Positions 9,297 through 19,478 of a DNA stretch of 57,537 nt are shown here, piece after piece. Each line of letters opens with the position of its first letter. Position 1 is the first letter of the stretch. The notes beneath the pieces are model-generated. The model was not told the DNA's origin. It saw nothing but the letters and a program-made list of their open reading frames with translations, and did not search any database. The translations under genes and the position numbers were made by a program. Origin of the DNA: Patescibacteria group bacterium (GTDB taxonomy: Bacteria > Patescibacteriota > Minisyncoccia > Phycocordibacterales > Phycocordibacteraceae); the NCBI GenBank assembly GCA_030837225.1, contig JAUPKX010000016.1:1-57537 (forward strand). The letters run 5' to 3'.

Positions 9297-9734
9297 ATGG
9301 AAATAAGCAACCTTCTGGGGCCAGTGGAAATGCAGTTTGTTATTGGTCTTGGGCTCTCCCTTATCCTTGGATACTTTGTTGGAGTCGAGCGTGAGATGCG
9401 CCATAAGGATGCAGGTATCAGCACGCACATCATGGTTATCGCCGGCTCAATGCTTTTCACACTCCTCTCGAGCATTGTTGACCCTCTTTCAACCTCGCGC
9501 ATTGCGTCACAGATTGTGGTTGGTATCGGATTCCTCGGTGCCGGACTCATCCTTAAAGAAGGAGCTAGTGTTAAGAATCTCACAACCGCAGCAAGTGTAT
9601 GGTTCGCAGCTGCTATAGGTATGGCACTTGGATTCGGTTTCTACATTGTTGCGATTCTCGCTGCACTCGTTATTACTCTTGTTCCGCGTATCCCAAGCTT
9701 GCATAACGAGAAGTGCGTAAAGTGCCCTGAATAA
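9297..9734 (+). CDS. MgtC/SapB family membrane protein
   Basis: G.ERE...KDAGISTH, SRIASQIVVGIGFLGAGLI and LTTAASVW motifs; ATG 8 nt after TATACT. Confidence 0.92.
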   Translation: MEISNLLGPVEMQFVIGLGLSLILGYFVGVEREMRHKDAGISTHIMVIAGSMLFTLLSSIVDPLSTSRIASQIVVGIGFLGAGLILKEGASVKNLTTAASVWFAAAIGMALGFGFYIVAILAALVITLVPRIPSLHNEKCVKCPE

Positions 9735-9764
9735 AATTGCAGAGTCGTGGTATAATCCACGTAT

Positions 9765-10745
9765 ATGGAAAACACCCCCGCTGCAGCACCCTCCGCATCG
9801 AAGACAACACCGCGCGACTTCTTTTTCTGGGCTGGGCTCCTTGTAGCACTTATTGGAAGCGTCATCTCGCTTACGACGCTCCTCTTCTCCTATATAAACT
9901 TCGCGTTCCCTGATCCGCTTGCGTACTACGGCGATCCGTACGGCAGTGATGTGCGCATCGCGATGGCGTGCGTGATTGTATTCATCCCAACCGCGCTCGT
10001 ACTCGTGCACCTGATTAGAAAGACAATCATAAACGAGGCCGGAAAGGCGAACATCTGGGTCCGTCGTTGGGCACTCGGTCTCATACTCTTCGTTTCGACC
10101 CTAACTATCCTCATAGACCTCATAACGCTCATCATGACGTTCCTTGGGGGCGAGCTATCAATTCGCTTTGGTCTTAAGGTAGCGGTGGTGCTCCTCATTG
10201 CAGCGTTCATGTTCCTTCACTTCCTCGCAGACCTTAAGGGATACTGGCTTGAGCACGTGAAGAAGGCAGGTCTCGTGTCCTCTTCGATACTCGCCATGGC
10301 ACTCGTCTCGGTTGTTGCCGGCTTCTTTATCATTGGTACACCGGGAGACATCCGCATGATGCGCTTCGACGAGCAGAAAGTATCTGATCTTCAGAACATC
10401 CAGTACCAGGTAGTTAACTACTACCAGCAGAAGGAGGAGCTTCCTGAGTCTCTTGCAGAGCTTAGTGACCCAATCTCAGGGTTTGTTCTCCCTGTTGATC
10501 TACAGCCGGGTAGTGCTGCATATCGCTACACTGTTACCGGTCCGCTCTCGTTTGAGCTTTGTGCCGTGTTCAATAAGCCAACGCCTGATACGCGTGGCCA
10601 AGGAGGGTATCCAGCCCGTGATATGAGCTATCCATCGCCAGGTATGGGCGTTGATGAGAATTGGCAGCACGAAGCGGGCGATATCTGCTTTACACGCACC
10701 ATCGACCCTGAGCGCTACCCGGCTTTCGAGAAGCCTCTACAGTAA
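9765..10745 (+). CDS. Membrane protein (DUF5671-like) with pilin-like C-terminal domain
   Basis: TPRDFF N-terminus, 5 TM segments, D.QKVSDLQNIQ..V.NYY...LP.SL..L and YRYTV...FELCAVF. Confidence 0.65.
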   Translation: MENTPAAAPSASKTTPRDFFFWAGLLVALIGSVISLTTLLFSYINFAFPDPLAYYGDPYGSDVRIAMACVIVFIPTALVLVHLIRKTIINEAGKANIWVRRWALGLILFVSTLTILIDLITLIMTFLGGELSIRFGLKVAVVLLIAAFMFLHFLADLKGYWLEHVKKAGLVSSSILAMALVSVVAGFFIIGTPGDIRMMRFDEQKVSDLQNIQYQVVNYYQQKEELPESLAELSDPISGFVLPVDLQPGSAAYRYTVTGPLSFELCAVFNKPTPDTRGQGGYPARDMSYPSPGMGVDENWQHEAGDICFTRTIDPERYPAFEKPLQ

Positions 10746-10754
10746 GAAGACTGT

Positions 10755-13649
10755 ATGGCGAAAGAACGGTTCGATCATGTAGCGATTGAGAAGTCCGCCC
10801 AGGAGAAATGGGAGGCGCTTGATATCTACACCACTGATCTAACTGATTCTGAAAAGGAACCGTACTATCTTCTGTTCGAGTTCCCGTATCCTTCGGGAGA
10901 CCTTCATATCGGTCACTGGTTTGCGTTTGCCCTTACGGACATATTCGCGCGCTTCAAGCGTATGCAAGGAAAGAACGTATTGTTCCCAATGGGATTCGAT
11001 TCGTTTGGTCTTCCTGCGGAGAATGCCGCTATTAAGAACGGCGCGGATCCGGCGGTATGGACTAACGCGAACATGGAGCGCATGCGTGCGCAGGTGAAGA
11101 CCATGGGAACCTCGGTTGACTGGTCTAAGGAAGTCGTTACCTCGAGTCCTGAGTACTACAAGTGGACTCAGTGGCTCTTCTCGAAGCTTTATGACCATGG
11201 ACTTGCGTACCGCAAGGAAGCGGCGGTGAAGTGGTGTCCGAAGGATCAGACGGTGCTCGCCAACGAGCAGGTAATAGACGGGAAGTGTGAGCGCTGCGAC
11301 TCTGAAGTAGAGGAGAAGTTCCTAACACAGTGGTTCATGGGTATTACGAAGTACGCAGAACGTCTCCTCACGGATCTTGATCCGCTTCCATGGCGCGAAG
11401 AGATGAAAGATGCGCAGCGCGCATGGATAGGAAAGTCAGAGGGCGCAAAGCTTACCTTCCCTATCCTTTTTGCTGACGAAGCGAAGAACGAGTGGCGAGA
11501 CGAGGAAGGAAACCCGGCACAGGTAGCTGTGTTCACAACCAGACCAGATACGGTCTTCGGTGCTACCTATGTAGTGCTCGCACCCGAGCATCCGTGGGTA
11601 ACAGGGGCGCTTGAGCACGGTACTGACGTATTTTCAAACGAGAAAGAGGTTCGTGCGTATATACAGGAGACCGCAAAGAAGACTGAGCGAGAGCGACTTG
11701 AGAACAAGGAGAAGACTGGTGTGAAGCTTGAGGGTATTCGTGCCGTTAATCCAGCCACAAAAGGAGAAGTCCCGGTCTATATCGCTGACTACGTACTCGC
11801 CTCATACGGAACAGGTGCGGTTATGGCGGTTCCCGCTCATGACGAGCGTGATTTTGATTTCGCACAGAAGTTTAAACTTCCAATCCGGCATGTTATTGAG
11901 CCAAAGTTTGTGGCGGATGGAGATCAAGCACCAATATCAGGACAGGATTTTGAACGTCGAGAATCAGCGTGCATCGTAGTCTATAACCCAAAGGATAAGA
12001 CTTATCTATGTAACAACTGGAAAACTGCTCTCATGCGTGGTTTGTTTACTGGCGGAATAGATGAAAACGAGGATGTTGTTGAGGCAGCTAGACGAGAGAT
12101 CTTGGAGGAAACCGGCTATACAAATTTGCGTCATATTGAACGTCCTGAGTTGCACGTAAACACATTCTTCTTCCATCGCATGAAGGGTGTAAATCGTTGG
12201 TCTCACTTTACGTTTGTATTTTTTGAGCTTGAGAATGAGGATTGCCTACCTGTAACGGACGAAGAATCAGCGCTTCACGAAATAGTGTGGAAGTCTGCAG
12301 AGGAGTTAGACGATTTCTTTACTGTTCCTGAAGGATGGTTTATAGCTAAGCACCTCGATGCTGCAGAGTACTGTTATTCGTACGACGGCCTTCTAATGAA
12401 TTCTGGTCAGTTCGATGGCAAAGACAACCGTGAAGCCATGAGCGAGATCATCGACTTCGTGGGTGGCGAGCACGTAACGAACTATCGCCTTCGCGACTGG
12501 CTCGTCTCTCGCCAGCGGTACTGGGGCTGCCCAATCCCTGTTGTGTACGACCCTGAAGGTGCACTGCACCTCATCCCGTCCGAGCATCTCCCGTGGACTC
12601 TCCCAACAGACGTCGACTTCTCGCTGTCCTCTGAGTCTCCACTCGCAACCTCAAAGGAACTTAAGGAGCGCGTTGAGCGTATTTTTGGCGAGGGATGGAC
12701 TCCTGAGTACGATACGCTCGATACCTTCGTTGATTCTTCATGGTATTTCCTTCGGTATCTCGACTCAAAGGACGAGAATGATTTCTCAGACCAGTCACTA
12801 TTAAAGAAGTGGCTACCGGTTAATCGGTATTCGGGAGGCAGCGAGCACACAACCATGCACCTCTTGTATTCGCGCTTCTTCCATAAGGCGCTCTACGATC
12901 TTGCTCTGGTGCCTACACCGGAGCCATTCAACGAGCGTTTTAATCGCGGACTCATACTTGGCACCGACGGACAGAAAATGAGTAAGCGCTGGGGCAATGT
13001 TGTTAATCCGGACGAGGTCGTTGCAAAATTTGGTTCAGACGCGGTGCGTATGTATCTCGCGTTCATCGGTCCATACAACGAGCCAGGAAGTTATCCGTGG
13101 AAGCTTGATGGCGCAGTTGCAATGCGCAAGTTCCTCGATCGCGTGTACCAGCTGTCAGAAAAGGTATCAGAGGGCGAGCTGTCAGAGAACGAGCGAACGT
13201 CGCTCGCGAAGGCCGCGAAGAAGATAACGGGCGATACAGAGCGCTTCAAGTTCAATACTGCTATCTCAGGACACATGGTCTTCGTTCGTGAGCTCGAGAG
13301 TGCTGAGACTGTATCGAAAGAGGTATACCTCGCACTCCTAACGCTTATGGCTCCATTTGCCCCGCACCTTGCCGAGCATCTCTGGGAGCGGATGGGGGGC
13401 GAGGGTAGCGTACATACGGCCTCGTGGCCGGAGGAGATCGCAGTTGAGGAAGACACGGTTGTTATAGGGGTGCAGGTAAACGGGAAAAGGAGGGGAGAGA
13501 TTGTCCTGGCCCCAGATGCCTCAGAAGAGGAGGCAATGGAGGCTGCAAAGGCTAACGAGACCATAGGTCGCCTTCTTCATGAAGGAAAGGTGGAGAAAGT
13601 GGTCTATGTACCAGGCCGTATTCTGAACCTGGTGATAACACGAAGTTGA
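10755..13649 (+). CDS. leuS: Leucine--tRNA ligase with inserted Nudix domain
   Basis: FPYPSGDLHIGH, TTRPDT, GTGAVMAVPAHD and KMSKR; Nudix box GGIDENEDVVEAARREILEETG inserted. Confidence 0.97.
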   Translation: MAKERFDHVAIEKSAQEKWEALDIYTTDLTDSEKEPYYLLFEFPYPSGDLHIGHWFAFALTDIFARFKRMQGKNVLFPMGFDSFGLPAENAAIKNGADPAVWTNANMERMRAQVKTMGTSVDWSKEVVTSSPEYYKWTQWLFSKLYDHGLAYRKEAAVKWCPKDQTVLANEQVIDGKCERCDSEVEEKFLTQWFMGITKYAERLLTDLDPLPWREEMKDAQRAWIGKSEGAKLTFPILFADEAKNEWRDEEGNPAQVAVFTTRPDTVFGATYVVLAPEHPWVTGALEHGTDVFSNEKEVRAYIQETAKKTERERLENKEKTGVKLEGIRAVNPATKGEVPVYIADYVLASYGTGAVMAVPAHDERDFDFAQKFKLPIRHVIEPKFVADGDQAPISGQDFERRESACIVVYNPKDKTYLCNNWKTALMRGLFTGGIDENEDVVEAARREILEETGYTNLRHIERPELHVNTFFFHRMKGVNRWSHFTFVFFELENEDCLPVTDEESALHEIVWKSAEELDDFFTVPEGWFIAKHLDAAEYCYSYDGLLMNSGQFDGKDNREAMSEIIDFVGGEHVTNYRLRDWLVSRQRYWGCPIPVVYDPEGALHLIPSEHLPWTLPTDVDFSLSSESPLATSKELKERVERIFGEGWTPEYDTLDTFVDSSWYFLRYLDSKDENDFSDQSLLKKWLPVNRYSGGSEHTTMHLLYSRFFHKALYDLALVPTPEPFNERFNRGLILGTDGQKMSKRWGNVVNPDEVVAKFGSDAVRMYLAFIGPYNEPGSYPWKLDGAVAMRKFLDRVYQLSEKVSEGELSENERTSLAKAAKKITGDTERFKFNTAISGHMVFVRELESAETVSKEVYLALLTLMAPFAPHLAEHLWERMGGEGSVHTASWPEEIAVEEDTVVIGVQVNGKRRGEIVLAPDASEEEAMEAAKANETIGRLLHEGKVEKVVYVPGRILNLVITRS

Positions 13650-13691
13650 CTTTAAAAGCCCAATCTGGTATAAGAATACCACACTAATCGT

Positions 13692-14783
13692 ATGGCAAAA
13701 TCATTAAAGAAGGCGGCTGCGGCCCCAAAGAAGGCTCCAGGGGCAAAGAAGAAGGCCAGCGCTTCTATTTCGTTTGATACAACTACGCTCGTAAAGCGTC
13801 TTCTTTCTGAAGTGCCTGAGCGTGCTCGCGAGGTACTCATTTTCCGTTTTGGCCTTGGTACTAAGGTAAGTCGCGACACTCTTGAGGCAATCGGCGAGCG
13901 CTGGAGCATTACGCGTGAGCGCGTACGCCAGATCGAGGCTGCAGGCATCGAGTCTATCCGCAACAGCAAGGCCTTTAAGGACTCCCAGGACTCCTTTGAC
14001 GAGCTTTGCCAGTACATCACTGCTCTTGGCGGCATTATCCCCGAGGACGAGCTTCTTGAGGGTCTTGCAACGGACGAGAAGTCCCGCAACCGTTTCCGTT
14101 TCCTTCTCGTTGTCGGGAGCTCCTTCTTCCGCGAGCGCGAGACCGACGATTTCTATGCACGATGGCACGTCGATCAGAAGACCGCTGAAGCAGTGCATGG
14201 TGCACTCTCCCGTCTTTACGAGACACTCGACGACGCCGAGGTGCTCGCTGAAGGCGACATCATCAACCGCTTTCTCGAGGAATTGAAGGATGTGAACAGC
14301 GCCTACCGTAACGAAGAGATCTTGAAGCGTTGGCTCACCATTTCAAAGACTATCGCGAAGAATCCTCTTTCTGAGTGGGGTAAGGCACACGCACCTGCTA
14401 TTCGTACCAAGGGTATTCGCGACTACGCGTACCTCGTTATTAAGCAGAAGGGCGAGCCTATGCACTTCGGCGACGTTGCAAAGTCTATCGTAGAGGTCTT
14501 CAACAAGAAGGCACACGTTGCAACGACCCATAACGAGCTCATCAAGGATTCCCGCTTCGTGCTCGTTGGCCGTGGCCTTTATGCACTCGCTGAATGGGGC
14601 TTCTCTCCAGGTGTTGTGCGCGATGTCATCAAGGATGCCCTTGTTAAGGGTCCCCTTAATCGCGATCAGATCATCACGGAAGTAAAGAAGGTTCGTTACG
14701 TTAAGGACAACACGATTCTCGTGAACCTTGGCGACACCCGCTACTTCAAGCGCGCAAAGGACGGCACCTACACTGCGGTGTAA
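13692..14783 (+). CDS. Sigma-70 region 4 HTH plus C-terminal winged-HTH (HARE-HTH/RpoE-like) protein
   Basis: RFGL...TLEAIG....ITRERVRQIE; C-terminal PMHF.DV...TTHNELIKDSRFVLVGRGLYALAEW. Confidence 0.8.
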   Translation: MAKSLKKAAAAPKKAPGAKKKASASISFDTTTLVKRLLSEVPERAREVLIFRFGLGTKVSRDTLEAIGERWSITRERVRQIEAAGIESIRNSKAFKDSQDSFDELCQYITALGGIIPEDELLEGLATDEKSRNRFRFLLVVGSSFFRERETDDFYARWHVDQKTAEAVHGALSRLYETLDDAEVLAEGDIINRFLEELKDVNSAYRNEEILKRWLTISKTIAKNPLSEWGKAHAPAIRTKGIRDYAYLVIKQKGEPMHFGDVAKSIVEVFNKKAHVATTHNELIKDSRFVLVGRGLYALAEWGFSPGVVRDVIKDALVKGPLNRDQIITEVKKVRYVKDNTILVNLGDTRYFKRAKDGTYTAV

Positions 14784-14800
14784 TCACATTCCGTACACAC

Positions 14801-14836
14801 AGAACGCCTCGCACACTGCGAGGCGTTCTTGTTTTG
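14801..14836 (+). terminator. Intrinsic terminator
   Basis: agaacgcctcgca/tgcgaggcgttct followed by tgttttg. Confidence 0.75.
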
Positions 14837-14852
14837 TTGCTATACTTCGAGC

Positions 14853-16229
14853 ATGTCATCAGGCGGACACGGTGGAGGACTCCCATTCCTCGATATTATT
14901 GAGCATTGGGTACATGGCGTACACGAAGAAGGCGGCACAGCGATTCAGCTTAAGCCGCTCTTGATTGCGTTTGCGGCTGAAATCATTGCGTTCTTCTTCG
15001 TAGCGCCCGCACAGTCCGTTACGAACTTTCAGTTTCTATTGTTTGCCGCGCCGCTCTGGATACCGTTTGTTCTGTATCCATTTACGTTAAAGCGGTATAT
15101 CGACGCTAATAAGATGGCCTACATTGCAAAGCAGGATCATGTGCTGCTTGAGATTAAGATGCCTCGCGATACACGCCGTACGCCACTCGCCATGGAGACC
15201 GTGTTCTCAAGTATGCACATCGGTGGAGGCGAGACGACGTGGTACAAGCGCATTATTGAAGGACGATCGCGTCCTTGGTACTCCTACGAGATAGCGTCGA
15301 TTGGCGGACGGGTCCATTACTTCGTCTGGATGCGTTCAGGCTGGCGTCGCCCGTTCGAGAGCTATATCTATGCGCAGTATCCTGGTGTTGAGGTTATTGA
15401 GGCTCTGGACTATTCGAGACTTATCGATCCGTCCCATGAGCCGTACACCATGACGGCGTTTGAGTTCATGAAAACGAAGCCTGCCCCGTATCCAATAAAG
15501 ACCTATGTGGAGTATGGTCTCGACAAAGTGCAGAAGCCGGAGGAGCAAGTAGATCCTATGGCGCAGGTGATTGAGGTCATGGGGTCTCTTGGACCGAAAG
15601 AGCAGCTCTGGGTGCAATTTGTAGTACGTATTCATAAGGGTGAGAAGTATGGTGCGGATCAGAAACGTACCTGGAAAGACGAAGCCAAAGAAGTACTTGC
15701 ACAGCTTAAAGAGGAGGATGCTGTTACGAATGAGTATGTGGATGCAAATGGTGTGAAGAAGACAAGTGTTAGTTACCCAAACCCAACCCGTGCCATGGCA
15801 AGTCGTATCGAAGCAATCGAGAAGAATACCGGCAAGCAGGCCTATGACGTTGGTGTCCGTGGTATCTACTGTGCGCCCAAGGATTCGGCATACGGCACTA
15901 TGGGAGGCATACTCGTGAACCTCTTCAAGCCGTATAACTCGGAGCAATTCAACTCACTCATGCCGTCCGCCGGACGCTGGTCTAACCATTTCAATGACTA
16001 TCCTTGGGAGGATAAGCATGGCCACCATGCTGCACACGCAAATCACGGGGTCCTTGAGTTCTATCGTATGCGTGCATTCTTCCATCCTCCCTATATTGGC
16101 GAGTACAACGTTATGAGTATTGAGGAGCTTGCGACAATGTATCACGTACCATCAAGCTCAGTTACGACACCATCGTTGCCGCGTATCCAGTCCACAACGA
16201 GCGAGGCGCCGAGCAATCTCCCGACGTAA
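14853..16229 (+). CDS. Conserved CPR-type membrane-anchored hypothetical protein
   Basis: N-terminal TMs; LLEIKMP...AME; S.EIAS..G.VHY; IYAQYP; EELATMYH.P and APSNLP C-terminus. Confidence 0.75.
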   Translation: MSSGGHGGGLPFLDIIEHWVHGVHEEGGTAIQLKPLLIAFAAEIIAFFFVAPAQSVTNFQFLLFAAPLWIPFVLYPFTLKRYIDANKMAYIAKQDHVLLEIKMPRDTRRTPLAMETVFSSMHIGGGETTWYKRIIEGRSRPWYSYEIASIGGRVHYFVWMRSGWRRPFESYIYAQYPGVEVIEALDYSRLIDPSHEPYTMTAFEFMKTKPAPYPIKTYVEYGLDKVQKPEEQVDPMAQVIEVMGSLGPKEQLWVQFVVRIHKGEKYGADQKRTWKDEAKEVLAQLKEEDAVTNEYVDANGVKKTSVSYPNPTRAMASRIEAIEKNTGKQAYDVGVRGIYCAPKDSAYGTMGGILVNLFKPYNSEQFNSLMPSAGRWSNHFNDYPWEDKHGHHAAHANHGVLEFYRMRAFFHPPYIGEYNVMSIEELATMYHVPSSSVTTPSLPRIQSTTSEAPSNLPT

Positions 16230-16238
16230 CAAAGCAAA

Positions 16239-16262
16239 GACCGACTCACAATGGAGTCGGTC
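16239..16262. terminator. Hairpin between convergent genes
   Basis: gaccgactc/gagtcggtc 9-bp perfect stem. Confidence 0.65.
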
Positions 16263-16268
16263 CTACGC

Positions 16269-16658
16269 TTACGCGGGTGCGGTCCCTTGCTGAACCTTCA
16301 CAGCCATCCAGAGAATGTAGATGCTGCTGGCGATAGGTCCGAAGAAACCAGCACAAAACATCAGATACTGGTTGAGGTTAATTTGAACGAACTCATAGGC
16401 AGCTGGGCTTCCTGCTAGCACCAGTACCTCGAACAGTAAGGCACTCTGTGCCGAACTGAAGAAGCGTTTCTGATTGCTCGAGAACAGTCTCAGAAAAATT
16501 GACCAACCGCCGAGGAAGCAGAAGAAACCAAAGACGTTCAGAAACAAAGCCCATGACCCGTTACTGAGATTCAGGGCAGTTTCAGGAAGCAGCAGAAACA
16601 AACTGCTGTACGCGAGAGTTCCAAGGGCTGCAAGGCCCAATTGGTTATGGTTTTTCAT
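16269..16658 (-). CDS. Hypothetical membrane protein (about 4 TM)
   Basis: 129 aa, hydrophobic; fills the gap between conserved genes. Confidence 0.55.
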   Translation of the reverse strand: MKNHNQLGLAALGTLAYSSLFLLLPETALNLSNGSWALFLNVFGFFCFLGGWSIFLRLFSSNQKRFFSSAQSALLFEVLVLAGSPAAYEFVQINLNQYLMFCAGFFGPIASSIYILWMAVKVQQGTAPA

Positions 16659-16807
16659 AGCGCAGTACCCCTTTCAAGGTTGCTGGACCGGGAACAAAGG
16701 CCATATATGTAATACAGCAGTGGAGACCTTTTGTCATTCAGACAATACTCAACTCTGGATATTCAAATATCACCCGAGTAGCGAGCAACGTGGTATACCT
16801 TCAGTAC

Positions 16808-17842
16808 ATGGATGTGAAGGGAAAACGTATATTTGTGGGCCTTTCTGGAGGTGTTGATTCTGCCGTGACGGCAGCACTGCTGAAGGGACAAGGCGCTAAC
16901 GTTGTTGGTGTATTCATCAAGGGGTGGTACCCGCACGGTATGCCCTGTACCTGGAGCGAAGATCGTAAAGACGCGATGCGTGTTGCGGCAAGGCTTTCGA
17001 TACCATTCGTTACGCTCGACGCGTCAGAAGAATACAAGTGTGGCGTTATCGACTATCTCCTTGCGGAATACAAAGCTGGCCGCACACCGAATCCTGATGT
17101 GATGTGCAACCGCGAGGTTAAGTTTGGTGCGTTCTATAGATTTGCAAAAGAGAAAGGCGCAGATTTCATTGCAACTGGACATTATGCACGCACGAATGGT
17201 GGAAAGTTATTTCGTGGAGTAGATGCAGGGAAAGACCAGAGTTACTTCCTCTGGGCAGTGCCGCAGGAGGCACTCAGTAAAACCCTTTTCCCATTAGGAG
17301 GACTGAAGAAGGATATAACGCGTACTCTGGCCCGAAAGTATGGACTTCCGAACGCTGCTAAGAGGGATAGTCAGGGCATCTGCTTTCTCGGGTCTATCTC
17401 TGTAGAAGATTTTCTGCGTTCAGAGTTTGGAAGTGAGCAGGGTGAGGCGATAGATGTAAGTGGAGCTGTTGTAGGCATGCATAGTGGAGCACTGCTTCAT
17501 ACACTCGGCTCGCGCGTCCCGCTTGAGAATGCACAACCCGGCCCGTGGTATGTGGTGCGGAAAGATATTGAGAGAAATCAATTGATTGTGTCTAAGGAAC
17601 GAAATGTTGAATCAAGTACAGGTAGCCTACAGCTTACAGATACTAATTGGTTTACCGAAGACACGAGTGGCATACCCTCTGCGCAGTTTCGCTACCATGG
17701 TCCCCTTATCGAGGGCATGCTCTCAGAAGACCGAGGGGAGTTCAGGCCAAGTCTTCCGTTTCCAGAGCCGCTCGCTTCAGGACAGTCTCTTGTCTTGTAT
17801 CGAGGAGAAGAGCTTCTTGGGGGCGGGATACTCACAATCTGA
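16808..17842 (+). CDS. mnmA: tRNA-specific 2-thiouridylase
   Basis: SGGVDS, GRTPNPDVMCN, ATGHYA, KDQSYFL and DSQGICF motifs. Confidence 0.97.
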   Translation: MDVKGKRIFVGLSGGVDSAVTAALLKGQGANVVGVFIKGWYPHGMPCTWSEDRKDAMRVAARLSIPFVTLDASEEYKCGVIDYLLAEYKAGRTPNPDVMCNREVKFGAFYRFAKEKGADFIATGHYARTNGGKLFRGVDAGKDQSYFLWAVPQEALSKTLFPLGGLKKDITRTLARKYGLPNAAKRDSQGICFLGSISVEDFLRSEFGSEQGEAIDVSGAVVGMHSGALLHTLGSRVPLENAQPGPWYVVRKDIERNQLIVSKERNVESSTGSLQLTDTNWFTEDTSGIPSAQFRYHGPLIEGMLSEDRGEFRPSLPFPEPLASGQSLVLYRGEELLGGGILTI

Positions 17843-17872
17843 GAAGTAAAGCAGGATGGTATGATAGGGCAA

Positions 17873-18706
17873 ATGAAGCCTGAGATCATCAAAGCAGACG
17901 GGACCGTTGAATTGTTCAGTGGCGAGAAACTCGAGAGATCACTTGTCCTTGCAGGAGCAAGCGAACCTACTGCTGGTCGTATACGACAAACTATCGAATC
18001 CTCCATGGGCACTTCTGCCGAAAGTGCTGAGATATATCGCCGCGCATTCCAGATGCTTCGTCAGGAGGCGCGCCCGGTTGCTGCACGATACAGTCTGAGA
18101 CGAGCACTCTTTGATCTCGGACCGTCAGGACATCCATTTGAAGACTTCGTTGCAGAACTTTTTAAGAAAGAAGGGTGGACCGTAGAAGGGAGAAGAATGA
18201 TTCCTGGGAAGTGCGTTCCCCACGAAGTCGATGTATACGCCAAGCGCGGAGACGAGCATCTTGCTGCCGAACTTAAGTACCACAATAGCCCTGGATACAA
18301 GACTGATGTGAAGGTGGCGCTCTACGTGAAGGCGCGCTTTGACGACATCTGGCAGTGCAAGGAGGATGGTTCAAAGACCTGCCCCGTTGATCTTGGTTTT
18401 CTTATTACGAACACCAAATTCACACGACAGGCTATTGATTACGCGACCTGTTCTGGTATGGGCCTCCTTGGCTGGAGCTATCCGCACGAGGGGAATCTCT
18501 ACGATCGTATTCTCGCGAACAGCCTTTTCCCTGTTACTGCCCTTACAACCCTCAAAAAAGCCGAGAAGCGACTCTTAATCGACAAGGGCATCGTTACCTG
18601 TGACCAGGTGCGGCAGAACCGGGATGTGCTCCGAAGCGTTGGTCTCACACCAGAGCGTATAGGCACAGTTGTGGCGGAAGTTAACACGCTTTGCACTAGT
18701 ACATAA
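17873..18706 (+). CDS. ATP-cone plus restriction-endonuclease-like (Mrr-type PD-(D/E)XK) protein
   Basis: IIKADGTVELFSGEKL ATP-cone start; GHPFE..V, HEVDV, ELKYH and LITNTKFT motifs. Confidence 0.8.
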   Translation: MKPEIIKADGTVELFSGEKLERSLVLAGASEPTAGRIRQTIESSMGTSAESAEIYRRAFQMLRQEARPVAARYSLRRALFDLGPSGHPFEDFVAELFKKEGWTVEGRRMIPGKCVPHEVDVYAKRGDEHLAAELKYHNSPGYKTDVKVALYVKARFDDIWQCKEDGSKTCPVDLGFLITNTKFTRQAIDYATCSGMGLLGWSYPHEGNLYDRILANSLFPVTALTTLKKAEKRLLIDKGIVTCDQVRQNRDVLRSVGLTPERIGTVVAEVNTLCTST

Positions 18707-18766
18707 GATTCTTCGTGTAGAACTTGTGTCATTGACCTACCTCCGTGAAGGAGTAGGCTTATGTGA

Positions 18767-19432
18767 ATGGCTGCGCACTATGTATTTGTTGACGAATCCG
18801 GTGATCCTGGGAAGCCGTTTACGGTTGACGAGCAAGGTAATAAGAAACCTACTGGCGCGAGTTTCTACTATATTCTCGCTGCTGTGTGCCTCACTCCGGA
18901 AAAGATGCACGCACTCGAGCATCGCATAATGCAGACGAAAACAGCGTTCGGATACATGAAGGAGATAAAAACGAACACCGTTTCCTTGAGTCTCTACAAG
19001 GCCTTGCTGGAAATCCTTAATGAACTAGAGATAACCACTTATTACCGTCTTGTCGATAAGACCACGTATCAGGGAGTATTTGCAGTCCCGGGAAAGAAGC
19101 ATCTTCACAATGTCTTTGATGAGTTCAATCTACAGAAGGTGGTAAGCGCCGCAATCAAAGAATGCGGGATGACGAATGTCGAAGTAGTTATTGATAGGGC
19201 GGAAAGACGGCTTCTCGATGGAAAGTTCGATAATTTCAATGACTACCTGAAGTCTAAGGTTAATACGAAAACGATAAAGAGAATCGGTCATGTAACACAC
19301 GTCTGTTCTCAGTACGTGCATGTCATGCAGATGTCTGATTTGATCTGCGGAGCCATAAAAGAAGGGTTCACGGGCAGAAACCCCGATCTCGTACAGGTCA
19401 TACACAGCAATCTACTTGTGCGGGTTCTATAA
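18767..19432 (+). CDS. DUF3800 family protein (RNase H-like)
   Basis: YVFVDESGDPG at the N-terminus, VVID, and MQMSDLICGA near the C-terminus. Confidence 0.85.
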   Translation: MAAHYVFVDESGDPGKPFTVDEQGNKKPTGASFYYILAAVCLTPEKMHALEHRIMQTKTAFGYMKEIKTNTVSLSLYKALLEILNELEITTYYRLVDKTTYQGVFAVPGKKHLHNVFDEFNLQKVVSAAIKECGMTNVEVVIDRAERRLLDGKFDNFNDYLKSKVNTKTIKRIGHVTHVCSQYVHVMQMSDLICGAIKEGFTGRNPDLVQVIHSNLLVRVL

Positions 19433-19472
19433 AAAGAAAAGGGGGCGCCCACTCCTGGGACACCCTTTTCAT
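19431..19472 (-). ncRNA. Candidate ~45-nt hairpin RNA convergent on the DUF3800 gene
   Basis: Minus strand reads GAAAAGGGUGUCCCA-GGAG-UGGGCGCCCCCUUUUCUUUUU, just downstream of a minus-strand consensus promoter. Confidence 0.55.
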
Positions 19473-19478
19473 ATGACT

